A stretch of 64,000 nucleotides of DNA from an uncultured Chromatiaceae bacterium (GCA_937978655.1 CALJUX010000012.1:3438-67437); one strand, 5' to 3'. Counted from the first letter of the stretch, positions 28,404 to 37,867 are shown. Translations and numbers: made by a program. Notes: a model not told the origin generated them from the sequence alone.

Positions 28404-30002
28404 ATGCAGTACATACAGGTGTCTGATTTAAAAGTCATTCTGGTCGAAGATGAGACCGGCAGCCGCACCTTGTTGCGCCAGCTGTTACGCCAGGCCGGTG
28501 TGAAAAGTGTGCAGGCTCTGGCCAATGGCAGCGCATTGCTGCGGCAATATGAGCGCGTCGACGCCGACTTGTTGCTGTTGGGTTTTGATCTGGGCGACCA
28601 GCTGCGTGGAACCGATTTGGTGCGGTTTCTGCTCAGACGCCAGCGGCTGGCGCCCTGTTGCCGGGTGGCGTTTATTACCAATCAGACGGACGATGCGCTG
28701 GCGGACCTGCCCTGGCTGCAGTTGCCGTGCCGGGTGCTGGCCAAGCCGTTGTCGGCGCTGATGCTGAGCCATCTGTTGCAGGAAACCGCGTTGTTACTGA
28801 GTCAGGCCCGGCCGCTGTTACAGGCCGTCAGCAGTGGGGCTGAGCCGGACACCTTGCGCCGGCTGATCCGGATCCGCGCCGGCCAGTTGCCCGGCATCAG
28901 CCGGGATGCGCTCCGGCAAATGCAGGTGCGGGTGCTGCTGGACTGGCGGTATGCCAAAGAAGCCTGGACTTTGGCCGGGCGTATCCGTGACCCTTTGCTG
29001 GGCCTGGAATTACGGCTGGAGCTGGCTTATCAGCTGGGCGATATTGAGGCGCTGCAGCAACAGCTGCAGCTGATGCAGCAGAATCATCAGCTGAAGCGTA
29101 AACAAAGTTGGTATCTGTGTCGGTTTCAGGCGCTGCAACTGGATGAATTGCCTGAAGATTTATTTGCCAGGCTGCTCGATTCCCAGCTGACGCCCAATGA
29201 AATCAATCTCAAAGCAATTTTGTTATATCAGCAACATCAGCTGGCTGGCGCCCGCACTTTTCTGGAAAACCGGCTGGGTCTGGCGCGTGACGGTTATCAG
29301 CGCAATGCCCTGGTGTTGATGCTGATCACCTTAACATTACTGGATTCGCTGCAGGCAGCGCCCGGCAGCGGTCATTCAGACTGGGCAGCGGACTACGCCA
29401 GCCAGTTTAATCCGGACCTTGGCAACCTCGATTTTCGCCGCTTCGATCAGTTGATCCCACTGGCGCTGGCCGTGACCGTTAATGCAATTGACGATGAAGT
29501 GGAAGCGGCATTACAGCAATTTCAGCAGCAAGAACAACAGCTTGATGTGTTTCAGCTGTTGTTTTTGGCCTACATTTATCTGCGGCTCGGCCGCGAACAA
29601 CATGCCATTGAGCAATTGTGGCGGGCCGAGGTGCAGCTGACCACGATGCCGATGGCGGCTGAGCGGCTGGCCGTTGGTTTTTTTCACCGGATCCTGTTTG
29701 GTTATTGCCATACCGAGGCGTTTTTTGCTGCGCAAACCTATACCCAGTGGGGTCTGATGTTTAATGAACAGAAACAGTGGTACCGGGCGCTGAAAATGTT
29801 CTGGCAGGCGCAGCGTTGCCAGCCACAGGACAGCGATTATCTGCTGAATTTGCTGACGCAGCTGCGGTTATTGCAGCTGGAGCAGTATTGGGATCAGTCG
29901 GCGACCGATTTGGTACAGCGTCTGCAACAGCAGACACTGAACCAGAGCCAGACGCGGCAGCTGCAGGTGCTGAGCTTGCCGCAGGTGCCGCGCCGCGGTT
30001 GA
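28404..30002 (+). CDS. orphan receiver-domain protein with ~400-aa L/Q-rich helical (TPR-like) C-terminal region
   Basis: Intact receiver residues (VEDE, LLLGFDLGD, AFITNQ, LAKPL). The remainder is helical-repeat-like (AYIYLRLGREQHAIEQLWRAE, WYRALKMFWQAQRCQP). It lies 57 nt downstream of the sigma-54 regulator. Confidence 0.6.
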   Translation: MQYIQVSDLKVILVEDETGSRTLLRQLLRQAGVKSVQALANGSALLRQYERVDADLLLLGFDLGDQLRGTDLVRFLLRRQRLAPCCRVAFITNQTDDALADLPWLQLPCRVLAKPLSALMLSHLLQETALLLSQARPLLQAVSSGAEPDTLRRLIRIRAGQLPGISRDALRQMQVRVLLDWRYAKEAWTLAGRIRDPLLGLELRLELAYQLGDIEALQQQLQLMQQNHQLKRKQSWYLCRFQALQLDELPEDLFARLLDSQLTPNEINLKAILLYQQHQLAGARTFLENRLGLARDGYQRNALVLMLITLTLLDSLQAAPGSGHSDWAADYASQFNPDLGNLDFRRFDQLIPLALAVTVNAIDDEVEAALQQFQQQEQQLDVFQLLFLAYIYLRLGREQHAIEQLWRAEVQLTTMPMAAERLAVGFFHRILFGYCHTEAFFAAQTYTQWGLMFNEQKQWYRALKMFWQAQRCQPQDSDYLLNLLTQLRLLQLEQYWDQSATDLVQRLQQQTLNQSQTRQLQVLSLPQVPRRG

Positions 30003-30008
30003 GGCTGT

Positions 30009-31352
30009 TTATTGCGCGCGGATCAGGTGCAGTTGTTGTTGTCTGCCGTCCAGATAATGAAACTGCTGGCCATCAAAATAACCATCTTCTTCCAGCATGA
30101 TCCGGACCTGATTGCCCCAGGCCGGGATGTCCACGGCGACGTTCAGTTCAATCGAATAGGCGGTGTCAGGGTGCAGCGGATAATCACCGTTGCCCGGCGT
30201 CCCGTGCTGGTTGTCCCACATGCCAATGGTCGGGCCGGCGGCGTGACCGTGATGACCAATCGGATGGCTGTAAATGGTGGCGCTCAGCCCTTTGGCTTTG
30301 GCATCTGTCAGGCTTTTCGCCAGCAGCGCATTGCCGCTGAGGCCAGTGCGGAAGTTGCCGGTCAGGATGTCCTGCGCCTGATTGCCCAGCGCCAGCGCTT
30401 GTTTTAGCGCCTGTGGCGCGTCCGTTTCGCCGGGCCGCAGCACATAGGCATGTTGTTGCTGATCTGAATTCAGCCGCAGGTAAGTCAGACCAAAATCGAC
30501 GTGCAGCAAGTCGCCGGGCTGAATGATATTGTCGGCTTTGGCTGCGCTGAAAGCCTTAATCTGGTCAAATTCAGCGGAACTTGGCCGCTGAATGGAGACA
30601 GTCGGATGAAACCACACCGGCAGCCCAAGCACAGTGCTTTGCTGACGTAACCACCAGACCACATCTTCTGTGCTGGTTTTGCCCGGTGTCACCACCTGAT
30701 TGGAAAATGCCTGGGCAATCAGCTGATGGCCAAGCGCAGTTAAATGTTTATATTGCGCGATCTCTGCCGGCAAACGCGTTTCCAGCCAGCCCACTGCCAG
30801 CTTTTCGGCACTGACTAACTTGCCGGATAAGGCTGGGCCAAGCGCCTGTTTCAGCACATCCAGTTCGGTGGCCACCATGCCGTCGGCGTGGCCGTAACTG
30901 GCGGACTGATTAATACCAATGCGTTTGGGGTTTTTGCTGCGGATAAGCTCAGCCAAGGCCTGCCACTGGTCGGGCTGTTTTTCCACGTCCCAGGCTTTTT
31001 TAAACGCAGTGCCAACGTCGTAACGCGCCACGGCATACAGCTGTGGCGGCTGACCGGCGCCCGGATCCACAATCACCAGCATGGTGCGGCGGCGCGCTGA
31101 TAACCAGGTGGCCGGCAACATGGTTTTCAGCACCGGGTCTTCATTGTATTCACGTGAGATCAGCAGCCACATATCGATATTTTCCCGCTGCATCAGCGGC
31201 GGTAACAGCTGGGTCAGGCGTTGCTGCAGGATCTCGTCAATCAGCTGTGCCTGCTCACGCTCTGGCAGTACGGTGCCGGCAGCTGCGGTCGCTGTACCGG
31301 CGGCAATAGCGAGGCTGCTGCACAGCAGCAGGGCAAAACAGTATGATTTCAT
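30009..31352 (-). CDS. secreted M24-family metallopeptidase (Xaa-Pro aminopeptidase-like)
   Basis: Start at MKSYCFALLL (AGGAA upstream) with a signal peptide. Pita-bread motifs DLLHVDFG, YSHPIGHHGHAAGP, SIELN...EED. Confidence 0.8.
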   Translation of the reverse strand: MKSYCFALLLCSSLAIAAGTATAAAGTVLPEREQAQLIDEILQQRLTQLLPPLMQRENIDMWLLISREYNEDPVLKTMLPATWLSARRRTMLVIVDPGAGQPPQLYAVARYDVGTAFKKAWDVEKQPDQWQALAELIRSKNPKRIGINQSASYGHADGMVATELDVLKQALGPALSGKLVSAEKLAVGWLETRLPAEIAQYKHLTALGHQLIAQAFSNQVVTPGKTSTEDVVWWLRQQSTVLGLPVWFHPTVSIQRPSSAEFDQIKAFSAAKADNIIQPGDLLHVDFGLTYLRLNSDQQQHAYVLRPGETDAPQALKQALALGNQAQDILTGNFRTGLSGNALLAKSLTDAKAKGLSATIYSHPIGHHGHAAGPTIGMWDNQHGTPGNGDYPLHPDTAYSIELNVAVDIPAWGNQVRIMLEEDGYFDGQQFHYLDGRQQQLHLIRAQ

Positions 31353-31539
31353 TGGTGATTTCCTGTTCGGTGCGGGCATGGAGAGATTGCGCCTTCTGTG
31401 ACAGCACAACTGACTGAAATTTATCCTAAAAGAAATCTGCGATCAGCAACAGGCGGCTGGACCGGGATTGCCGGGCGTTGGTCTTACCGGGGCTGCTGTT
31501 GCCGCGGTAAGACTTTCGGCAGAGGGTGGTGAACTGCCG

Positions 31540-31577
31540 AAAAAAAAGCCGGAATTTACTGAGAGTAAATCCCGGCT
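31540..31577 (-). terminator. rho-independent terminator after NIDO/PEP-CTERM gene
   Basis: On the minus strand: gccgggatttact-ctc-agtaaattccggc, followed by tttttttt. Confidence 0.7.
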
Positions 31578-31626
31578 TGGTTGCCCCTGTCATGGCATTG
31601 CCGCCACTGAGGCTGGCAGCAGGATG

Positions 31627-32427
31627 TTATGCGCGGCGACGCAACAGCAGTGCGGCAACGCCCAGCGTCAGTAACGCCAGTGAACCTGGTGCTGACACCG
31701 GCGCCGGTGGTAACACCTGACCGCTGCGGACGTTAAACACATAACGGCCGGCCACATTGGAATTTAATGAACCTTTCACCAGTGCGTTGGCACCATTGTC
31801 CAGCAGGGCACCATTAACGGCCGAGCCGGTCAGTTCAAACGATTTGACGTTACCGTTTGACCAGCCCATCCGGGCTGATTTACCGCCGAGGCCATTGACG
31901 CCGCCACTGCTGTTGCCGGTTTCCCAGTTGATTTGGTTGTAGTTAAATTCAAAATCAAAATCACCGGCGAAAATATCGGAACGGTCGGTGATGATTAACT
32001 GGAACTGATTTAACTTATCGGCTTTGCTGGAGAAGTAACCTACGTTAAACCAGTTTACGCCAAAGACATTGCGGCCATTGATGGTGTTCTGACCATACTG
32101 CACTTTACCGCTGGCGATATTACGGGTGTCGACGTCGGCGAAAAATGGTGCCAGCAGCTGACGGTTGGTATTTTGTAAACCAAACGGCGTGAAGGTAGTC
32201 ATCGCCTGATCAAAGGTGACGTTGCCATTGTTATTGACGAACAAACTGGAAGTTTTCAGACCAAAAAAGTCGATAGCAAAGCCCAGGCTGACGCGGGAAG
32301 TTGAGTCATCGTCGTTGGCCGTCAGGGTGTTACCGGTAAACAAATTGAGGTCACGGATAGCGCCAGCCTGTGCCAGGCCAGTGGTCGCCAAACTACAAAC
32401 TAATAAAAAAGTGGATAATTTATTCAT
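31627..32427 (-). CDS. secreted NIDO (nidogen-like) domain protein with PEP-CTERM-like anchor
   Basis: Signal peptide; NIDO pattern VSLGFAIDFFGLKTSSLFVNNNGNVTFD...LLAPFFADVDTR. C-terminus PVSAPGSLALLTLGVAALLLRRRA (motif, TM helix, Arg cluster). Confidence 0.7.
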   Translation of the reverse strand: MNKLSTFLLVCSLATTGLAQAGAIRDLNLFTGNTLTANDDDSTSRVSLGFAIDFFGLKTSSLFVNNNGNVTFDQAMTTFTPFGLQNTNRQLLAPFFADVDTRNIASGKVQYGQNTINGRNVFGVNWFNVGYFSSKADKLNQFQLIITDRSDIFAGDFDFEFNYNQINWETGNSSGGVNGLGGKSARMGWSNGNVKSFELTGSAVNGALLDNGANALVKGSLNSNVAGRYVFNVRSGQVLPPAPVSAPGSLALLTLGVAALLLRRRA

Positions 32428-32490
32428 AATGATTACATCTGCCTGTTAGTTGCTTACATCTTTGCTAAATTTTGCGGTGCGGCGGAGCTA

Positions 32491-32506
32491 AGCAAATAAG
32501 ATGCCA
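32491..32506 (-). promoter_or_regulatory. sigma-54 (-24/-12) promoter upstream of NIDO gene
   Basis: The minus strand reads TGGCATcttatTTGCT, with GG and GC at the canonical 10-nt spacing, about 65 nt upstream of the ATG at 32427. Confidence 0.7.
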
Positions 32507-32604
32507 GAGTGTTAACTTGTTGATTTTGTTTGTTGTAATTGTGATTTTTGTGTTTTTTGAGCGTGACAGTAAAAAAAGCCGACACATATCGCGGGGGACA
32601 GGCG

Positions 32605-32629
32605 AAAAAAAAGCCACCGGGCGGTGGCT
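32605..32629 (-). terminator. rho-independent terminator after PEP-CTERM gene
   Basis: On the minus strand: agccacc-gccc-ggtggct, followed by tttttttt. Confidence 0.7.
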
Positions 32630-32647
32630 TACTTTGCGGTGCTTGCA

Positions 32648-33574
32648 TTAAGCGGCGTTGCGTTTACGCAGGCATAAAACGATCAGGCCAAGCCCCAATA
32701 AAGCTACAGAGGCTGGCGCCGGCACAGTGGCTGTGGCTGGCTTGGTTAAGTGTGGGTCATGCGCGGCAACGGTGATGTGCGATAACTGTTTGTTCAAATC
32801 AGTGGCTGAATTCCATGAACCGGCCAATGTGTAGTTGTTCAGCAGGCTCAGGTTGGTGCCAAAAGCGCTGTTGTGCTGGTCAAAAATACTTTTGAAATTA
32901 AAGTCATACACTACAAAGCCAGTACCGGCTTTTAACAGGATTGCCAGGTGGTCAAAATAAGCGTTGCCGAGTAACTGCTGTGCCGCGGCGATGGCTGTGG
33001 CATTAACAGACAATGACCAGGTACCGGCTTTGCCGCTGGTGTCGGTTGAAAAACCCAGTGTTAACACCTGTGACAGGTCAAAGCCCGCCACGCTGTTGTA
33101 TGACGAGGTGCCACCGACATTTTGCATCGCCAGGCCAATCCAGCCTGGTTGCATCACGCCGTTTTTATCGGCAACCCAACCGGCATATGGGTCAGTCGCG
33201 CTGCCGGTGAATTCAGTGCCGTTAAAATAACGCACATCATCAGTGGCCGGTTTGCCTTTCTGGCCCGGTGCTTTTGGCAGATTCTGTGATACCGCTTCGC
33301 CATTTAACAGACCATCACCGAATGCACCAATGTTGGTGTCGTATTGATACTGGCCGTTTTGGTACTGGTAATCGTTTGGCACAAAACCGATACATTGGGT
33401 CGCGTTGTAGCTGCTTTGCAGCAGATTGCTGCTACCGATGCCATTGCTGACAGAGGTCAGCGATACGGCAGCGCAATTGGTTTTATTAAAACTTTGTGGG
33501 ACTAACAAGGTTGCCTGAGCAGAGACCTGAAGAACACCAACGACAACAAGCGCTTTGGTTAACTGACTAAACAT
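32648..33574 (-). CDS. secreted hypothetical protein with PEP-CTERM-like anchor
   Basis: Signal peptide MFSQLTKALVVVGVLQVSAQA. C-terminus ATVPAPASVALLGLGLIVLCLRKRNAA (VPAP replaces VPEP, then a TM helix and a basic tail). Confidence 0.6.
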   Translation of the reverse strand: MFSQLTKALVVVGVLQVSAQATLLVPQSFNKTNCAAVSLTSVSNGIGSSNLLQSSYNATQCIGFVPNDYQYQNGQYQYDTNIGAFGDGLLNGEAVSQNLPKAPGQKGKPATDDVRYFNGTEFTGSATDPYAGWVADKNGVMQPGWIGLAMQNVGGTSSYNSVAGFDLSQVLTLGFSTDTSGKAGTWSLSVNATAIAAAQQLLGNAYFDHLAILLKAGTGFVVYDFNFKSIFDQHNSAFGTNLSLLNNYTLAGSWNSATDLNKQLSHITVAAHDPHLTKPATATVPAPASVALLGLGLIVLCLRKRNAA

Positions 33575-33606
33575 CTGAATTCCTCTTTAAGTGACTAAGA
33601 TGTCTT

Positions 33607-33622
33607 AGCAAAGCGTGTGCCA
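33607..33622 (-). promoter_or_regulatory. sigma-54 (-24/-12) promoter upstream of PEP-CTERM gene
   Basis: The minus strand reads TGGCACacgctTTGCT, a full match to TGGCAC-N5-TTGCW, about 35 nt upstream of the ATG at 33574. AAGAGGA RBS follows. Confidence 0.8.
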
Positions 33623-33854
33623 CTAATTAATTAAAGACTAATATTGTTATTAATCAATTAGTTATGATGCGTACATCACCATTCCTGTGTCGCAACTGAC
33701 AGTTTCTTTATCACGGCGCCCGTTTTGTACACCGCATAGATGGCTGTGTTTCATTTTAATTTCAGTGGTTGCTTTTGATTAACAAATCAGCGGTTTTTGC
33801 TGCATTTTTGCGTAAAATAAACTGACAGTGCTGTGAGTTTTTTTGACGCTGAAC

Positions 33855-34451
33855 TTAATCCGCGTCCGCCAAGCCCAGGTAATACTGCTCAAACAGCACT
33901 TTTTGCAGTGCCTGTTCCATCGCTTCGTTGATGGGGAAATTCATGCCGCCCAGCTCGTAATCGATTTGGCGGATTTGTTCTTTACCGTTGCGGATCATCG
34001 GTGGCGGGTCCGACTCCAGCGCAATCAGTGTGTCCTGATAGGCTTGCGGATAATCGGCTTTGATATTTTTACAGACGCTGAGCTGCACTTCGCCTTCACG
34101 GCCGTTGTAGCCGGCCGCGCCAAACAGGCGGCAAATGCCAGGGCGTTTTAAGTAGACGCTGCACTGGCCTTGTTTACCATCTTCCGAGTGGCGGCTGTAG
34201 AAAAAACAGCCGTCCTGGTCGTGGGCAGCTAATGCATCAAGCGTGCTTTCGGCTTTGCCTTCTTTCACCAGCTCAAACGCCAGTGGCAGCATTTCCAGTA
34301 CTGTGGCTTCGATGCCCGGGTGCAGACAACATTCACCACAGCCGCTGCGGCAAAATAAGCCGCGTTCACGCTGATATTGCGCATAACGCTGGCCGATGTC
34401 GGCGAAGACGACTTCGACCTGTTCAGATAATTGTTGTAAACGTTGTTGCAT
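33855..34451 (-). CDS. YkgJ-family cysteine-cluster (CxxCxxCC) protein
   Basis: CRSGCGECCLHPG plus the distal CFFYSR...CSVY...PGICRLFG pattern of the UPF0153/YkgJ family. Confidence 0.7.
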   Translation of the reverse strand: MQQRLQQLSEQVEVVFADIGQRYAQYQRERGLFCRSGCGECCLHPGIEATVLEMLPLAFELVKEGKAESTLDALAAHDQDGCFFYSRHSEDGKQGQCSVYLKRPGICRLFGAAGYNGREGEVQLSVCKNIKADYPQAYQDTLIALESDPPPMIRNGKEQIRQIDYELGGMNFPINEAMEQALQKVLFEQYYLGLADAD

Positions 34452-34525
34452 GGCGGCACCTCAGAATGGGCGCGTATTGTACTGAGCGGCAGCACAGCGC
34501 GGCAAGCGCTGTCTGCAGTTGTTGC

Positions 34526-37402
34526 TCAGCCCTGAATATCTGCCAGTGGTCTGGGTTTGGCGATGCCATAACCCTGCGCATAATTAACGCCCATGCGTTT
34601 TAATTCCAGCAGGATATCCTGATTCTCGACAAACTCGGCGATGGTCTGGATGCCCATGGCGGTTGCCACGTCGTGAATGGAATTGACGATGGCACGGTCG
34701 TATTTGTCTTCCAGTAAATCGCGCACAAAATTGCCGTCAATTTTGACAAAATCGACCGGGAAGTTTTTCAGGTAACCATAAGACGAGAAACCGCTGCCAA
34801 AGTCATCGAGTGAAAAATGACAACCTAAGCCTCTGAAATGATGAATAAAATCCAGCGTATTCTGCAAGTTCAGGATGGCCATGCTTTCAGTGATTTCAAA
34901 ACAGATATGCCGCGCCGGAATTTGATATTCATCCAGCAGCCCCTGTACATAGGCTTTAAACAGCGGGTCCACCAGCGATGCGCCGGACAAATTGATACTG
35001 GCCAGGCCCAAAGTGGTTAAATGCTGCGGATGTTGCGCCAGCCAGCGGAAATAACTGCGCAGCACCCAGCGGTCAATCTGTGGCATCAGGCCATAACGTT
35101 CGGCCGAACTTAAGAAATTCCCCGGCGCGATAATGCTGTCGTCTTCACCGACCAGTCGCAGCAGCAATTCATAATGTGCCAGGGTGTCACGCTGCGTGAT
35201 GGCCTGAATAGGCTGCATATACAGCACAAATTTGTCCTGTTCCAGCGCGTGACGCAGTACCTGCAGCCACTGCACTTCAGACTGATGTTTCTGCAGCTCG
35301 GAATCGTCGGCGTTAAACAAATGAATGCGGTTGCGGCCTTTTTCTTTGGCAACAAAACAGGCGGAGTCGGCCTTTTTCAGCGTTTGTTCGGCGGATAAAT
35401 CCTCCGGCGTGATCTCGGTCAGACCAATACTGACACTGATGCTGAACAGGCTGTCCTGCCAGAAGAAGCGGAATTCTTTGACGACGTCCAGTAACGAATA
35501 GGCAATGCTGAAGGCTTCTTGTGCAGTTTTGCCGTTGAGTAACACGCCAAATTCGTCACCGCCAATGCGGGCTAAGATACCGGTTTGGCCTAAAGCGCGT
35601 TTTAACTGGTCACTGATTTGTTTCAGCAGCGCATCGCCGGCGGCATGGTCACAGGTGGTATTGACCAGTTTAAACTGGTCAATATCGATAAAGAGCACCG
35701 CACTGGTGTGCTGTTCCAGTTGCCGGCGTTGCCAGGCCTGTTGTGCCAGCAACAGGAAATGATGACGGTTATACAGGCCGGTTAACGGGTCGTGCGAGGC
35801 CAGATAGGCCAGTTGTTCGTGTGCCACTTTTTGCTCGGTGATATCGACCAGCGAGCCATGAATAAAGGCGTCGCCCTGGGCATTGCGGCTTAACCGGGCG
35901 GACATTTGCGCCCAGAACGGCGTGCCGTCGGCGCGTAAGCCGCGCAGCTCAAAACTCCGATTACTGATGTGCTGCAGCTGGCGGACCATCTGCAGGCGGT
36001 CGTCCGGATTGGCGTAATAGCGGCCCATGCCGTGTTTTTGCACGTCCACTTCCATCTGGCTTAGTTCCTGATAACCGAGGATATTCAGCAAAGCCCGGTT
36101 CGCAGACAACAACTGGCCGTCCAGCGTGGTACTGAACAGACCTTCAACGGCGTTGTGATAAATATCGTAATACTGCTGCAAAGAGCGGATGGTCTGCTGA
36201 TGCGCTTCTGCGCTCTGCTGGCTGGCACTTTGCAGACGCTGCGCCAGGCTGTAGCTCATCAGCAACATACTGCAAATCACCGACATCACTAACAGCCATT
36301 GCCACAAATGCAGATGGTCGAGGTAACCGAATTCGGTCAGCAGCAACACGGCGCTGGCGACAAAAAACAACAGCCAGCCGATGGCAAAAGTGCGTGCCAG
36401 CGGCAGCCCGCTGAAACCATAACGGATGGCCTGTAGCAGGTTCGTAGTCATCACCTGGAACACCACAATCAGCAACAAATCCAGCTGGATACTACGCGGC
36501 GCATATAAGGGGGTGAATAACAGCGCGGCACTGGCGGTCAGGTTCAGCCACCAGAGCCAGCGTTGTTTGCTTTGGACTATGGCGCCGGTCACCAGCGTCA
36601 GAAACAGCATACAGGCGCCGCCGGCCACATAAAAAATCGCCGGGTTCAGTTCCGGATATTCCGGCCAGACCATGGCAAAACCGGCACCGTTTAAGATCGA
36701 GACCATCAGGCTGAAGCTGAAAAAGAAGCCGGCAAAATAACTGTATAACGGTTCCCGCACGTTCAGGTACAACATGGCATTGTACAGCGCCATCACCAGC
36801 AAAATGCCGAGGATCAGGCCGTCTGACAGTTGTCGCTGCAGCAGCTGCCGGCCAAATTCTTCGTTGCTGTAAAGTTGCAGGTTGGACGGGATCACCGCGC
36901 CATCCTGCACTTTGACCAGCAAATCCAGTTCCTGATCGGCTTTAAAATTCAATGCTACGGCGAAGCTGCGCGCCTGCAGCATACGTTCGCTGAAGGGGAA
37001 TTCGGTACCGGAACGATTGAGCAGACTCAGTTCGTGACTTTGCCGGTCGTACAAATAAAACTCAACCCGATCCGCGTTTATCGATTCGTAATTCAGCACC
37101 ACTGTGCCAGGGCGCTGGCTGCTGTAATGCAGACGCGCCATAAACCAGATGGCCTCAGGGTAGCTGCGCAGCGCCTTATTCGGCTGATCCAGCGGCACAA
37201 ACGCATGCAGTCTGGCTGGCTCAAACACGATATCTTCCACCCCGACATTGGCGTCGACCTGTTGATAATACAAATGCGGGAACAGATTTTGTTGTTTCAG
37301 GTTGGGGTCAATGCGGATGATTTCTGCATGGAATGCCAAAGCTGCCGGGCTCAGGCAGCAACACAACCACAGCGCGCAAAGCAGAATAAAATGCGGTCTC
37401 AT
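34526..37402 (-). CDS. 7TMR-DISM sensor - PAS - GGDEF - EAL c-di-GMP turnover protein
   Basis: Signal peptide and periplasmic DISMED2-like region, 7 TM helices, a PAS domain, RIGGDEFGVLL, and an EAL domain (QPI...YELLLR, FEITES, DDFGSGFSS). Confidence 0.9.
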   Translation of the reverse strand: MRPHFILLCALWLCCCLSPAALAFHAEIIRIDPNLKQQNLFPHLYYQQVDANVGVEDIVFEPARLHAFVPLDQPNKALRSYPEAIWFMARLHYSSQRPGTVVLNYESINADRVEFYLYDRQSHELSLLNRSGTEFPFSERMLQARSFAVALNFKADQELDLLVKVQDGAVIPSNLQLYSNEEFGRQLLQRQLSDGLILGILLVMALYNAMLYLNVREPLYSYFAGFFFSFSLMVSILNGAGFAMVWPEYPELNPAIFYVAGGACMLFLTLVTGAIVQSKQRWLWWLNLTASAALLFTPLYAPRSIQLDLLLIVVFQVMTTNLLQAIRYGFSGLPLARTFAIGWLLFFVASAVLLLTEFGYLDHLHLWQWLLVMSVICSMLLMSYSLAQRLQSASQQSAEAHQQTIRSLQQYYDIYHNAVEGLFSTTLDGQLLSANRALLNILGYQELSQMEVDVQKHGMGRYYANPDDRLQMVRQLQHISNRSFELRGLRADGTPFWAQMSARLSRNAQGDAFIHGSLVDITEQKVAHEQLAYLASHDPLTGLYNRHHFLLLAQQAWQRRQLEQHTSAVLFIDIDQFKLVNTTCDHAAGDALLKQISDQLKRALGQTGILARIGGDEFGVLLNGKTAQEAFSIAYSLLDVVKEFRFFWQDSLFSISVSIGLTEITPEDLSAEQTLKKADSACFVAKEKGRNRIHLFNADDSELQKHQSEVQWLQVLRHALEQDKFVLYMQPIQAITQRDTLAHYELLLRLVGEDDSIIAPGNFLSSAERYGLMPQIDRWVLRSYFRWLAQHPQHLTTLGLASINLSGASLVDPLFKAYVQGLLDEYQIPARHICFEITESMAILNLQNTLDFIHHFRGLGCHFSLDDFGSGFSSYGYLKNFPVDFVKIDGNFVRDLLEDKYDRAIVNSIHDVATAMGIQTIAEFVENQDILLELKRMGVNYAQGYGIAKPRPLADIQG

Positions 37403-37449
37403 GCCATCCTTCCCGGTGTTCAGGTCTGAATCGGTTAACTAAATGAATT

Positions 37450-37761
37450 TTAACTAAGATCTTGTGCAAGTAACGCGTGGAGTTCCGACATTAGCATATC
37501 TGCCGGCGCACTGTCAGTATCAATCCAGCAGCTGCCGGTATAGTGTTCCGCGTGCAGATAAAAAGGCTGGTCGCGAAAGCTGAACCTGATTAGCAGTAAA
37601 TCCATACTAAGTTCGGCCTGAAACCGGCTGAGCGGCACAAATTGCTGCAACCACTGCAGCAACTGCGGAGCATCAGCTGCCGGGTCTGGTTGCAGGCTGA
37701 AGTTCAGCTGCAGGTGCGCCGGTGGTTCGGCAGCGCTGGTGATCTGTAACAAACGAAGCAT
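37450..37761 (-). CDS. hypothetical protein
   Basis: 103 aa from ATG 37761 (AGGA 9 nt upstream). No motif recognised. Confidence 0.35.
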   Translation of the reverse strand: MLRLLQITSAAEPPAHLQLNFSLQPDPAADAPQLLQWLQQFVPLSRFQAELSMDLLLIRFSFRDQPFYLHAEHYTGSCWIDTDSAPADMLMSELHALLAQDLS

Positions 37762-37867
37762 AGCCAGAGTCCTGTGGCCGGAAAGCAAACAGCGATTTTA
37801 GCAATTTTCTTGTGTAATCAGCGGCTTTTGCTTTACTCAAACGAACTTTCACGGCGAGGTGCGGCAA

